DNA of 64,000 nucleotides from Bacilli bacterium (GCA_051872655.1 JBJEEB010000033.1:18177-82176); one strand, 5' to 3'. Shown: positions 8,360-20,649, counted from the first letter of the stretch. The notes: generated by a model not told the origin, from the sequence alone. A program made the numbers and translations.

Positions 8360-10046
8360 AATTAGTTTTCTTTTTCTTTAAATATACTACTGCGCAAGTA
8401 ATTATTCCTAGTAATGCTACTCCTCCTAGTACAATATATACTAGAATATTATCACCAGTATTTGGATTTTTTTCTTCTGTAATAGTTTTTTCTGCTAATG
8501 TATAAATACTAAAGTGATTTGTATTAAAGATAGCATATTCATCTTCTATAGTTACAGGATACTCTGTTATCTTACCTTCATCATCAACATAGTAGACTAC
8601 TAGTTCTTTATCTTTAAATTTTTCGGTAATTGGAATTCTTACTTCAAATGAACCATCTTTTAGTTTAGTAATATAATCTTTTATTGAATTAGAAAATAAA
8701 CTAATATCAAACATTTCATTATTAGTTATATTTAATATTTTTAATATTTTATTATATTCTTCTCCACTAGTTAATTCTTTAATATTAATCATTGTATCTA
8801 GTGGTATTGTATTAGTTTTATCAGTAGATATTGTAATATTTGTTTTAAAGTCAGAAGTAATTAATTTTGGTGTATACATTTTTTCAGTATTTTTACCAAT
8901 AACAAATCCATACTCATTATTACCAATTTTTGCTACATAAATTTTTCCATCAGAAGATGTATTTTTTAGTTCATCAAGTTCTTTCATTTCTTCTTTATAA
9001 AATTCATTTTCAGGTTCATAATATTGATTTAACCCTGATTTCTTTTCATTATAATAAGTATCAACATCATAATCTGATACATATATGGTCATTTTACCTT
9101 TACCAATATAATTATCTATTCTATTTTGTATGGTTTCAAGTAATTTGTCATTTGATACATCAGAATCAACATATAAAATATTGTATCCTTTTGTTCCAAG
9201 TTCATTGATAGCTTTATATAATGTTCCATCATAAGTATAATAACCTATTCCAAAACTTTCAGTAGTAAGACTATCATCTGAACCAGCTCTTATATCTAGA
9301 TAAAAGTTTTTATAAGCTACTATTTTCTTATATTCATCTGAATAGTTGATTGAACTTCCTCCATTTAACCATAAGTTTATTAATTCAAAATCTTTTAATT
9401 TAAATATTGCTTTTGAACCTAATTCTTTAGTTAAATTATCTATTTCTTCTTCTATTTTTTCATCATAAACATATTTAATATCAACTGTTTTATATTCTTC
9501 TCCTGTTGCTGTAATTAATAATTTACATCTAGTATAATCTTCATTACAAGCATTTTCTCCATATGAAAAATCTAGAGAATAACCATAATATTGATATTTA
9601 AATACATATTCGAATATCGAAATAAATTCATAATATCTATCTTGTTTAGCTTTATCTAATTCCTCACCAGTCAGACTACTACTAATTTCTTTAGGATAAT
9701 ATGATTTTAATTCAATAGTATCATTAAGTTCTTTTCTTTCATATATTTTTATTGTGTCTGTGTTATTGATATTTAGAAGATATTCATACTCTCCATCATC
9801 AAATGGCATATCTTCTCTTATATAGTCCTCACCTATACTCCATACTTGGTATTCCTTCATAATACCGATAGTATTCTCTATTTCTTTTTTTAACTCTCCT
9901 ACTGTATTTTTATTACTTTCAATTTGCTTTTTGGTACCATCTTCTAATTCAAATTTAAAAGTTTCAGCCTTTACACTAGTTACTGAAAAAATAGTAAACA
10001 TAACTAATACAAATAGCGTTATTTTTATTGTTTTTTTCATTTTCAC
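8358..10046 (-). CDS. sortase-anchored cell-surface protein (NPNTG sorting signal)
   Basis: Signal peptide (MKMKKTIKITLFVLVMFTIFSVTSVKA). C-terminus has NPNTGD, a hydrophobic helix and a KKKKTN tail. GGAGG RBS upstream. Confidence 0.65.
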   Translation of the reverse strand: MKMKKTIKITLFVLVMFTIFSVTSVKAETFKFELEDGTKKQIESNKNTVGELKKEIENTIGIMKEYQVWSIGEDYIREDMPFDDGEYEYLLNINNTDTIKIYERKELNDTIELKSYYPKEISSSLTGEELDKAKQDRYYEFISIFEYVFKYQYYGYSLDFSYGENACNEDYTRCKLLITATGEEYKTVDIKYVYDEKIEEEIDNLTKELGSKAIFKLKDFELINLWLNGGSSINYSDEYKKIVAYKNFYLDIRAGSDDSLTTESFGIGYYTYDGTLYKAINELGTKGYNILYVDSDVSNDKLLETIQNRIDNYIGKGKMTIYVSDYDVDTYYNEKKSGLNQYYEPENEFYKEEMKELDELKNTSSDGKIYVAKIGNNEYGFVIGKNTEKMYTPKLITSDFKTNITISTDKTNTIPLDTMINIKELTSGEEYNKILKILNITNNEMFDISLFSNSIKDYITKLKDGSFEVRIPITEKFKDKELVVYYVDDEGKITEYPVTIEDEYAIFNTNHFSIYTLAEKTITEEKNPNTGDNILVYIVLGGVALLGIITCAVVYLKKKKTN

Positions 10047-10126
10047 TCCTCCTCTAATATAAGAATAACATATTTTTTTGTTTTTGCATAGTAATTTTAA
10101 TAAATTAAAAAGAAGTATTTCTACTC

Positions 10127-10339
10127 CTATCTTAATTTTGGTTGTGCATTAAGTTCTTCATTTCCAAATTCCATATTTAATTCAGTTTGTTCTTTATGAT
10201 CTATATAATTCAAAGCTTTTTTATAATTTGCCATTAAATTTTCATAAACTGCTTCTACATCTTGTCCTGTTGTTACTGCTATTTTAGCTGCTTCATAAGC
10301 AAATCCTTCTTTTACTTTTCTATCAATAATTATTGCCAT
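10127..10339 (-). CDS. hypothetical 70-aa protein
   Basis: ATG preceded by GAGGAGG at about 8 nt. No family recognised. Confidence 0.5.
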   Translation of the reverse strand: MAIIIDRKVKEGFAYEAAKIAVTTGQDVEAVYENLMANYKKALNYIDHKEQTELNMEFGNEELNAQPKLR

Positions 10340-10427
10340 TATATATCCTCCTCTTATAGTTTAATAATAGCATAATTTATTTGTAAAGTAAACTAATTTG
10401 TTTATTATATTAGAAAAAGAAGCATTT

Positions 10428-11540
10428 CTACTTCTTTAGCATCCTATTAAATTTAGTAAATTTGCTATCATCATCAAGTTCTGTTTCAGATAATTCTTTA
10501 AATAAGTCTTTTTGTTTTTTAGTTAACTTACTTGGTATAACAACATCTATTATTACATACATATCGCCTTTTTTATTATTAATATCACTATCTATTCCTT
10601 TTCCTTTAAGTCTTAACTTACTACCATTTTTAGTGCCATCTGGAATAGTTATTATAGCATTACCATATATTGTTGGTATTTCTTTTTTGCATCCTAGTAC
10701 TGCTTCAGTAATAGTTAGTGGTACAGTTATGTATATATCATTTTCATCTCTTTGATAGAAGTCATCTTCTTTAACACTAAATTCAATATATAAATCTCCT
10801 GGCTGTCCACCACCAGTTCCTGCCTCTCCTTTACCAGCAATTCTTATTCTATTTCCAGTATTTATTCCTTTAGGAATAGTAACTGTTAATGTTTTTACTT
10901 TTCTTTCTTTTCCTGTCCCATGACAATTAGTACATGTTCTATCAAAAGATGATCCTGTTCCATGGCATGTTGGACATGTGGTTTTTGTTAAGAAAGAACC
11001 AAATATTGTACTTTGCTGTCTTGTTACTGTGCCTGATCCTTTACAGTCTGGACAAGTATGCATACCAAAGCCACCTTGTCCATGACATTCGTCACATTCA
11101 TCTTCTGTATCTACTTTTATATCTCTTTTTGCTCCATGTACGGCTTCATCAAAAGTAATACTCATGCGATATAATAAATCGCTACCATCTTCCCCACGTG
11201 ATGTTCTACCCCTGGAAGAAGAAGTATTAAATCCAAAATTTTTAAATATATCTCCAAAAATATCATCCATACTTCCAAAGTCAAATCCATCAAATCCTGA
11301 GAATCCACCTTGGGCATTAGTGAATGCTGCATGACCATATTGATCATATTGTTTTCTCTTATTTTCATCAGATAATACAGCATATGCTTCTTGACATTCT
11401 TTAAATTTTTCAGCAGCATTTTCTTCTTTTGATACATCAGGATGGTATTTCTTTGCTAGTTTTCTAAAAGCAGACTTTATTTCATCTTGTGATGCTGTCT
11501 TTGGTACTCCTAGTACCTCATAATAATCTTTTTTATTCAT
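10428..11540 (-). CDS. dnaJ: molecular chaperone DnaJ
   Basis: J-domain (DYYEVLGV...KYHPD), G/F region and four CxxCxGxG zinc-finger repeats. Start at MNKKDYY, preceded by GGAGG. Confidence 0.95.
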   Translation of the reverse strand: MNKKDYYEVLGVPKTASQDEIKSAFRKLAKKYHPDVSKEENAAEKFKECQEAYAVLSDENKRKQYDQYGHAAFTNAQGGFSGFDGFDFGSMDDIFGDIFKNFGFNTSSSRGRTSRGEDGSDLLYRMSITFDEAVHGAKRDIKVDTEDECDECHGQGGFGMHTCPDCKGSGTVTRQQSTIFGSFLTKTTCPTCHGTGSSFDRTCTNCHGTGKERKVKTLTVTIPKGINTGNRIRIAGKGEAGTGGGQPGDLYIEFSVKEDDFYQRDENDIYITVPLTITEAVLGCKKEIPTIYGNAIITIPDGTKNGSKLRLKGKGIDSDINNKKGDMYVIIDVVIPSKLTKKQKDLFKELSETELDDDSKFTKFNRMLKK

Positions 11541-11562
11541 AGTGTCCTCCAAACATAAGTAT

Positions 11563-11589
11563 AAAGTTCTAGAAAACTAGAACTTTTTT
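11563..11589 (-). other. dnaK-dnaJ intercistronic hairpin (possible attenuator or processing site)
   Basis: AAAGTTCTAG-AAAA-CTAGAACTTT inverted repeat. On the transcribed (minus) strand it lacks a good U-tract. Confidence 0.35.
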
Positions 11590-11595
11590 ACTTAA

Positions 11596-13756
<2,161 letters not shown>

Positions 13757-13758
13757 AA

Positions 13759-13992
13759 TTAATCCTCATCATCAAATTCATGAATAACTTTTATTTTTTT
13801 ATTTTTTTGTTTACTTTTTGTGTTATTTGCATTTCGAATAATTTTATTCATTTTAATACTCCTATAAATATAATATCCTATAATTAATAATATTAACACT
13901 GGAAATATCCAAATAATAAATCTTATTCCAAATACTAAAAGAACAGTTATTATAATAATATAAATTATATCTCTTATTGTACTTTTATTCAT
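13759..13992 (-). CDS. hypothetical 77-aa two-TM membrane protein embedded in the hsp70 operon
   Basis: Start overlaps the grpE stop (ATGAATAA). Two hydrophobic helices followed by a basic tail. Confidence 0.5.
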   Translation of the reverse strand: MNKSTIRDIIYIIIITVLLVFGIRFIIWIFPVLILLIIGYYIYRSIKMNKIIRNANNTKSKQKNKKIKVIHEFDDED

Positions 13993-14566
13993 TTACTTTT
14001 ACCATAGCGGTTCTAAGTACTCTATCTTTGTACATATAACCTTTTTGTAATACTTCAAGTATTACACCAGATTTTTTAGTTTCATCTTTACCAGTCACAA
14101 CTGCTTGATGATATGTTGGATCGAATTCCTTATCTAGACAATCTATTTCTTTTACTTCAAACTTATTTAATAGTTCTTTTATTTGCTTATACATAAGTTT
14201 GAAACCTTCAAGAAACTTAGATACTTCATCTTCTAGATTATCATTATCCATATTAATTGCCCTTTCAAAATTATCTAATATTGGCAAAAATCCTTTTAGT
14301 ATATCTTCTTCAGCATATTTAATTATTCTTGATGTTTCTTCATCTTTTCTTTTTTTATAATTAATTAATTCTGCTTGATTACGAAGAAGTGTTTCCTCTA
14401 GTTCTTTTATTCTTTTACTTAGAAGTTCTCTTTTATCATCGATATTTGTCTCTTCACTGCAATGACATTCTTCCCCACATTGACAATTATCTTCACATTG
14501 ACAATTATCTTCACAATGACATTCTTTATTTACATGTTCTTTCTTTTTTTTCTTTTTATTTTCCAT
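13985..14566 (-). CDS. grpE: nucleotide exchange factor GrpE with Cys/His-rich N-terminal extension
   Basis: GrpE core (ILKGFLPILDNFERA...VLQKGYMYKDRVLRTAMVKV). N-terminus is KECHCEDNCQCEDNCQCGEECHC. Confidence 0.9.
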   Translation of the reverse strand: MENKKKKKKEHVNKECHCEDNCQCEDNCQCGEECHCSEETNIDDKRELLSKRIKELEETLLRNQAELINYKKRKDEETSRIIKYAEEDILKGFLPILDNFERAINMDNDNLEDEVSKFLEGFKLMYKQIKELLNKFEVKEIDCLDKEFDPTYHQAVVTGKDETKKSGVILEVLQKGYMYKDRVLRTAMVKVNE

Positions 14567-15563
14567 AATCTCCTCCTAGGTTATTTTTTATATAATCAAG
14601 AAGAGTAACTACTCGATCATATTCCATTCTCTTAGGGCCAATTATTGCTATTGTACCCTCTTCACCATTAATATTATATTTTGTTTTTATTACTGAAACA
14701 TCATTAGTTAACTCTGTCTCACTACCAATATATATATTAATACCATTTTCTTCTTCTTTCATTTTTGAAATACTATCTATATCTTCAAATTTACTTAGTA
14801 TTTCTTTTACTTTATCTATGTTAGAAAACTCAGGCTGTTTTAACATATTTGTTTTTCCACCAAAATATGCTTCACTAGTCTTCTCTGTTGTAAATTCATG
14901 AAAGGCATCATAAAAGGTATTATATAATACTTCATATTGTTTAACATAATCGCTAATAATTGGTTTAACTTCATATTCTAGTTTTTCGCTTACTTCATTA
15001 ATTGGTGTTCCTGCAACTAATTTATTTATTAATTCTACTGTCTTTTTAACATCATTAGTAGATACATCTTTAGGTAAATAAAGTATTTTGTGTTGTACTA
15101 CTCCTTTATCAGTAATAACTATTGATAGTATTTTGTTTTCTTCAAGTGGTACTACTTCTACTTTCTTTAGTCTATTTTCTTTAGATGAATTACCAAGAAC
15201 TACTGCTGTATAATTAGTTATTTCACTAATTATTTCTATGCTTTTCTTAATAGTATCATTTAAATCTAACGAATGATTTCTAAATATTGTTTGAAGTTTA
15301 AGCATATCTTCACCAGTCATATTCTTTGGTTTCATTAAATTATCTACATAGTACTTATATCCTTCTTCACTAGGTATTCTACCTGACGCAAAATGATTTT
15401 TTTCTAGTAAATGTAATTCTTCAAGTTTAGCCATTTCATTTCTAATAGTAGCACTAGAACACTTTAATTTTTTACAAATATGATTTGAACTTACTGGTTT
15501 AGCAGTTTTTATATATTCTTCTGCTATTATCTTCAGTATTTCTTTTTGTCTATCGGTGATCAT
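14556..15563 (-). CDS. hrcA: heat-inducible transcription repressor HrcA
   Basis: N-terminal wHTH (MITDRQKEILKIIAEEYIKTAKPVSS). First gene of the hrcA-grpE-dnaK-dnaJ operon, with CIRCE elements upstream. Confidence 0.9.
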   Translation of the reverse strand: MITDRQKEILKIIAEEYIKTAKPVSSNHICKKLKCSSATIRNEMAKLEELHLLEKNHFASGRIPSEEGYKYYVDNLMKPKNMTGEDMLKLQTIFRNHSLDLNDTIKKSIEIISEITNYTAVVLGNSSKENRLKKVEVVPLEENKILSIVITDKGVVQHKILYLPKDVSTNDVKKTVELINKLVAGTPINEVSEKLEYEVKPIISDYVKQYEVLYNTFYDAFHEFTTEKTSEAYFGGKTNMLKQPEFSNIDKVKEILSKFEDIDSISKMKEEENGINIYIGSETELTNDVSVIKTKYNINGEEGTIAIIGPKRMEYDRVVTLLDYIKNNLGGDYGK

Positions 15564-15575
15564 TATATCACTCCT

Positions 15576-15602
15576 TTAGCAGTTCTTCTTTTCTACTGCT
15601 AA
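15576..15602 (-). promoter_or_regulatory. CIRCE-like HrcA operator 1
   Basis: TTAGCAGTT-N9-TACTGCTAA, 9-9-9 geometry like the CIRCE consensus TTAGCACTC-N9-GAGTGCTAA. Lies immediately upstream of the hrcA RBS. Confidence 0.7.
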
Positions 15603-15622
15603 TAACATTATATTACTAAAAA

Positions 15623-15649
15623 TTAGCAATGTCAACATAAAATTGCTAA
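15623..15649 (-). promoter_or_regulatory. CIRCE-like HrcA operator 2
   Basis: TTAGCAATG-N9-AATTGCTAA, same 27-nt geometry, 20 nt upstream of operator 1. Confidence 0.55.
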
Positions 15650-15739
15650 TTTTATATTTTTTTTTATTTTTTCATTATAGATGTAACTTTTAAGTAATAT
15701 ATTTTTTGATATTTATGTTATAGATACATATAATTTAAT

Positions 15740-15913
15740 ATGAAGAAAAATATTTTATTTTTTGTATTCTCGATTATTTTTATTATTTTAATTTTTATTT
15801 ATTTTACTATTAATACTACTAAAACTAAATATGTTAAGGAAAAGGATAATAGTTTAAATTTTAATATTAAATATCATTATTTTAAATATAAACAAGGTGA
15901 ATTTTATGATTAG
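15740..15913 (+). CDS. possible 57-aa membrane micro-ORF upstream of esterase 1
   Basis: My translation: MKKNILFFVFSIIFIILIFIYFTINTTKTKYVKEKDNSLNFNIKYHYFKYKQGEFYD. One TM helix. Stop overlaps the esterase ATG. No clear RBS. Confidence 0.25.
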   Translation: MKKNILFFVFSIIFIILIFIYFTINTTKTKYVKEKDNSLNFNIKYHYFKYKQGEFYD

Positions 15914-16631
15914 AAAAAAGGCTATATTATTTATTCATGGTTTCGCTGGTGGAATTTATGATTATGGATATCTTATTAATGATTTAGAATTAACTGGTGA
16001 GTTTGATGTTTTTAGTTATACTCTACCCAAACATAATGAACTAGTAATTAATAATGTTACTGATGAGGATTGGATAAGGGAATCAGAATATCAAATAGAA
16101 AAACTTATTAATAATAATTATAAAGAAATATTTGTTATTGGTCATAGTATGGGTGGTGTTATTGCTACTCATTTAGCTAGTAAATATAAAGAAATAAAGA
16201 AGTTGGTACTTGGAGCACCTGCTTTTAAATTCTTTAAGTTTAGAAATAATAAAATTAATTTTATAGATGGTATTAAGTTAATACCTAATGTTTTAAAAAA
16301 TTATACCATAAGAGAAATACTTGCTAAATATTTTAAAGTTCCTCTTCATACTGTCAGAGAATTTTCTTATTTGGTTAATGAGTATTATGATGAGGTTAAA
16401 AATGTATATTGCCCTACTTTAATACTGCATGGAAGTGATGATATTACTGTTCCTATTGAATCTATTAACTATGTTTATAATAATATTGGCTCTAACTCAA
16501 TAAAAATGGTTCAAGTAGAAAATGTTAATCATAGTATTTTTTGTAATGACAGATATGATGATATTAAATACATTATAATTGATTTTCTAAAAGAAAGAAA
16601 AAATGATATAAAAGAAAAATATTTTATTTAA
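15906..16631 (+). CDS. alpha/beta-hydrolase carboxylesterase/lipase family protein, paralogue 1
   Basis: HGFAGG oxyanion region and GHSMGG nucleophile elbow; HGSDD...H near the C-terminus. ATG preceded by AAGGTG. Confidence 0.75.
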   Translation: MIRKKAILFIHGFAGGIYDYGYLINDLELTGEFDVFSYTLPKHNELVINNVTDEDWIRESEYQIEKLINNNYKEIFVIGHSMGGVIATHLASKYKEIKKLVLGAPAFKFFKFRNNKINFIDGIKLIPNVLKNYTIREILAKYFKVPLHTVREFSYLVNEYYDEVKNVYCPTLILHGSDDITVPIESINYVYNNIGSNSIKMVQVENVNHSIFCNDRYDDIKYIIIDFLKERKNDIKEKYFI

Positions 16632-16677
16632 AATTGGTAAATATTATGATAATATATAGATAGAAGGTGGTATTGAA

Positions 16678-17403
16678 ATGTTAAAGAAAAAGGCTATACT
16701 TTTAATACATGGTTTTGCTGGTGGAGCTTATGATTATGGAGATTTACCTAATGATTTAGAACTTATTAATAATTATAAGGTTTTTACTTATACTCTTCCA
16801 GGGCATAATAAATCTATTATTAATAATGTTACTAAAGATGATTGGATTAAGAAATCTGAATATCAGATTGAAAAAATTATTAATCATGGTTATAAAGATA
16901 TATATGTTATTGGGCATAGTATGGGTGGTGTTATTGCTTCATACCTAGCTAGCAAATATAAAGAAGTTAAAAAATTAGTACTTGCTGCTCCTGCTTTTCA
17001 ATATTTTAAATTTGAAAATAATAAAATTAATATATTAGAAAGTATTAAAGTAGTACCAAATTTATTTAAGGATTATGATAAGTCAGAAGTTATATCGAGA
17101 ATATTTAAAGTACCTGTATCAACGATTAGAGAATTTACTTCTTTAGTTAAAGAACATCATGATGATATTAAAAATATAAAATGTCCTACTTTAATAATTC
17201 ATGGTACAAAAGATGAAATAGTACCTAATTCTTCTACTACATATGTGTATGATAATATAAAATCTAGTTCAGTTATGTTAGTTGAATTTGAAAATCTAAC
17301 CCATGATTTATTTATTAATGATAGATATGATGAGGTTAAGAATTTAATTATAAATTATTTTAAATCTAAACCAAAAAACATTAAAAATAAATATAAAATA
17401 TAG
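16678..17403 (+). CDS. alpha/beta-hydrolase carboxylesterase/lipase family protein, paralogue 2
   Basis: Collinear with paralogue 1 over its full length (LLIHGFAGGAYDYGDL..., GHSMGGVIASYLASKYKEVKKLVL). RBS GAAGGTGG. Confidence 0.75.
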   Translation: MLKKKAILLIHGFAGGAYDYGDLPNDLELINNYKVFTYTLPGHNKSIINNVTKDDWIKKSEYQIEKIINHGYKDIYVIGHSMGGVIASYLASKYKEVKKLVLAAPAFQYFKFENNKINILESIKVVPNLFKDYDKSEVISRIFKVPVSTIREFTSLVKEHHDDIKNIKCPTLIIHGTKDEIVPNSSTTYVYDNIKSSSVMLVEFENLTHDLFINDRYDEVKNLIINYFKSKPKNIKNKYKI

Positions 17404-17432
17404 AAAAAGACTTGAATTTTCAAGTCTTTTTT
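17404..17432. terminator. bidirectional intrinsic terminator between convergent genes
   Basis: AAAAAGACTTGA-ATTT-TCAAGTCTTTTTT, with A-run and T-run flanks. Sits between the stops at 17403 (+) and 17435 (-). Confidence 0.75.
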
Positions 17433-17434
17433 AA

Positions 17435-19816
17435 TTAATTATTTTTTATAGTTTTATATGTTTTAATAGCTACTGCTATACCAAGTAAAGCAAATATGTA
17501 ATTAATATACATAAACATATTAGTTTCTATACCTGTTTGTGGAGGTAAGATAGTTAAATCATATACATAAGTAACTTCTTTATCTTCTTTTGTAAATGAT
17601 CCTTCTACTTCTCCTATTACTTCAATAAAACTATATTTATCAAATTCTTTTTTAACTGTTTCATATGTAGTTCCTACAAGTCCTGTAAGTGTTATACTAT
17701 CAGTAAGTTTAGTTCCATCTTTTGTAACATAATTTACTATTACTTTAGATTCTTCTACTTCGGTAGTATATTCATCATCAGTTGTCTTAGTAGTTTCTCC
17801 ATAAGTTAATTCTGCTGTTACTTTGTTTGTTACTTCTTTATCTGTAATATTAATATAGTATAATTTGAAGTTTTCTTCAATATTGAATACAATATCTCTA
17901 CTTTCTTCTTCATCTAGAATAATACTTCTTACTGCAAATACTGAACTATTATCTTTAGTATAAGTACAAGTAATTACTCCATCTTCATATTTACAATTAT
18001 TACTAATTGTAGATTTTTCTTCATCTATTTCATATGGAAGAATATCAGTAATAACTAGAGTAGCTTTTCCTACATAATCCTTAATAGTAGTATTATAAGT
18101 AATTGTGTAGTCAAAGGCATCATTTATAGATCCTACTACTTCTAGTCCTTCTTTATCTAGTTCTTCTTCAGAAGTACCAATATTTTTGGTATAAATATAA
18201 GTAACAATTATATCTTCTTCAGTGTATTTACCAGTTTTATTTTCTGGTTCTTCTTTTAATGTATATCCAAATACTTCTTTAGCAGTAGTATTATAATTTT
18301 TTCCAACTACATCAGTAGTAATCTCGCTAGGAGCTATTTCTTTATTATTTTCGTCAACATATTTAGCAGTTACTTTACCATTAGAAACATAATAAATGTT
18401 AATAACATTACTTGATTCGTTAGTTCCAATAATTAATTCACTTGGGTTACTAGGATTCTCTGAATTTAAGAAATAACCTTTTTTATTATTATCTTCTAAT
18501 TGTTTTTCTGATAAATATTTACTACTTGCAGAAATCTTATCTCCATAATTAGCTGTTTTTTCTGTAGTAAATCCATATTGATCATTGAAGAAATAATTTA
18601 CTGAATATTTATATTCATTCTTTTCCCAATATACTTGAGGTTGTTCATTATTTTGTGAATAATTCAAACTATCATATTCATTTTGAGCATTTTTATAAGA
18701 AAGATTAAATCCTTCATTAACGTTAGCCCATCCATCAGCATTATCCCCATCTATTTGAACATAGAAAGATACTTCTGTACCACCTTCAGTAATATTTCCA
18801 ATTTCTGCACTAACATTTCCATCTTCATCAATAGTTATATTATCATTTGGTATAACAGTAAAGTCACTACCAATTTTGTCAGTTAATTTAGCTTCTGTTC
18901 CAGCAAATGTAGATGATGTAATATTACTTGTTATTTCAGAAAATTTTGCTGCTACTGTATCAGGATCTGCATTTACATAGTATCCTTCTCCTGATGAAAT
19001 GTTCTTCAAAACATTTGATGCTGCTCGATCTGTTTCATATCCAATAGAGAAAATTTCAATGTTTGAATTCTTTATTTCGCTTGCTGCTGCTATTGCCTGA
19101 TTTATTGCTTCTGTTGTAACATAACCATTAGCATTAGTAGGTTCGCCATCACTTATTACTACAACATATTTTGTGTAATCGCCTGTCTTGGCATCCAATA
19201 ATTCTTTTGCTTTATTTAAAGCGCCAGTCAAATTTGTAACTCCATCTGGATTACCAAAATTAATTGAATCAAAATTGCCATTTACAAATCCATCACCTTT
19301 TGGATTTGTTAAAACTTTAACGTCTGTACTAAATGCTACTAATGATAAATTAGCATTACTAAATTTATTTAATAATGTTTTAGCAAATGTTCTAGCGCCA
19401 TTTACTGCTGAAGAATATTTTACTTCTTTACATCTAAAGAATAGAAAATCACATTTTTCTTCATACATACTTCCTGACCTATCAAATACCACAACAGCAT
19501 AAATTGGTTTTGTAGAAGTAGTTGTTGTTGTAACATCCTTTCCTTCAATTTTAAATCTTACTTCATATTTACCTTCAGTATTAGTCTTACTAACTGTTTT
19601 AGTAACTAAAACATCGCCTTCGTCATCAAGACTTCCTGAAGATACAGTAATACTATTGCCATCATTTGTTACTTTATTATTAATACCAATATCACCTTTT
19701 ACTGGGTCTGTATCAGACATTTCATTTGCAAATACTTTGATTGGTGTCATCAAATCAGAAAATATCATTGCTATTAGTACTAATATTTTAGTAAACTTTT
19801 TTAAACTTTTTTTCAT
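17435..19816 (-). CDS. sortase-anchored vWA-domain / MucBP-repeat surface protein (PPQTG sorting signal)
   Basis: Signal peptide; vWA MIDAS (VVVFDRSGSM); two MucBP-like repeats (KVTAKYVDENNKEI..., KVIVNYVTKDGTKL...). C-terminus has LPPQTG, a hydrophobic helix and a basic tail. Confidence 0.75.
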   Translation of the reverse strand: MKKSLKKFTKILVLIAMIFSDLMTPIKVFANEMSDTDPVKGDIGINNKVTNDGNSITVSSGSLDDEGDVLVTKTVSKTNTEGKYEVRFKIEGKDVTTTTTSTKPIYAVVVFDRSGSMYEEKCDFLFFRCKEVKYSSAVNGARTFAKTLLNKFSNANLSLVAFSTDVKVLTNPKGDGFVNGNFDSINFGNPDGVTNLTGALNKAKELLDAKTGDYTKYVVVISDGEPTNANGYVTTEAINQAIAAASEIKNSNIEIFSIGYETDRAASNVLKNISSGEGYYVNADPDTVAAKFSEITSNITSSTFAGTEAKLTDKIGSDFTVIPNDNITIDEDGNVSAEIGNITEGGTEVSFYVQIDGDNADGWANVNEGFNLSYKNAQNEYDSLNYSQNNEQPQVYWEKNEYKYSVNYFFNDQYGFTTEKTANYGDKISASSKYLSEKQLEDNNKKGYFLNSENPSNPSELIIGTNESSNVINIYYVSNGKVTAKYVDENNKEIAPSEITTDVVGKNYNTTAKEVFGYTLKEEPENKTGKYTEEDIIVTYIYTKNIGTSEEELDKEGLEVVGSINDAFDYTITYNTTIKDYVGKATLVITDILPYEIDEEKSTISNNCKYEDGVITCTYTKDNSSVFAVRSIILDEEESRDIVFNIEENFKLYYINITDKEVTNKVTAELTYGETTKTTDDEYTTEVEESKVIVNYVTKDGTKLTDSITLTGLVGTTYETVKKEFDKYSFIEVIGEVEGSFTKEDKEVTYVYDLTILPPQTGIETNMFMYINYIFALLGIAVAIKTYKTIKNN

Positions 19817-20542
19817 TTAAACCCTCCTCAATATAATTAATAAATATTTTTTTTGATAATTATGATAATCTTTATGTGTACTACAAGTTTGAAGAATAAG
19901 TATTTCATCATTAGATGTTACTTCTACTCCAGTATCATACATTGATTTTTCTTTTAACTTTGTTAGATGATCAAGATAGTCTTTATCACTTACAAAATTA
20001 ACATCCATGTAAGAGAAATCACTTGTTTCTACATAGACAGAGAATATTTCATATCTCTTTTTAGTAGTACTTGTAGTTAGTAGTACATATTTGTGATTAT
20101 CATAATAATCTTTATCATAGAATTCTTCAAGTATTTTGAATGGCATATCTATATTTGAAGAATTATGACCATAAATTAATAATTTTTTACTGGTATCTAT
20201 ATCTACTCTATAATCTAGATATATAGAACCCATACCGCTTCTATTTCCATAGGCATCATGATTTAGATAATAATCATTATCACTCCCTTGTAGTACAGGG
20301 ACAATATAATCTGTATTATCTATTTCTAGAATACCTTTGATATCTTCATTATTATATTCTTTTCTTAAATTATTGATAACGTCTTCATAGTTAATAGGAT
20401 TATTAACATTATTATTTGGTTCAATATCAACATTTAAGTAATAATTTTTATTATTCTTTATTTTATATAAGTATAAACTTAATACTACTAATACTATTAA
20501 AATACATATTATTAGTAATATTATTTTTTTCTTTTTTGTCAT
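19817..20542 (-). CDS. srtB: class B sortase
   Basis: N-terminal TM, conserved His (LLIYGHN) and catalytic Cys (LILQTCS). Abuts the vWA substrate gene. Start at the ATG preceded by GGGGG. Confidence 0.75.
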   Translation of the reverse strand: MTKKKKIILLIICILIVLVVLSLYLYKIKNNKNYYLNVDIEPNNNVNNPINYEDVINNLRKEYNNEDIKGILEIDNTDYIVPVLQGSDNDYYLNHDAYGNRSGMGSIYLDYRVDIDTSKKLLIYGHNSSNIDMPFKILEEFYDKDYYDNHKYVLLTTSTTKKRYEIFSVYVETSDFSYMDVNFVSDKDYLDHLTKLKEKSMYDTGVEVTSNDEILILQTCSTHKDYHNYQKKYLLIILRRV

Positions 20543-20649
20543 AATAACCCCCAAAAATTTCTTTCAGATGGTTTACTATTATAGCAGATTTTTCTTTTTT
20601 GTCAATTATAAAACATTATTTATGCTAAATATGTAGAATTTTGTTAAAG

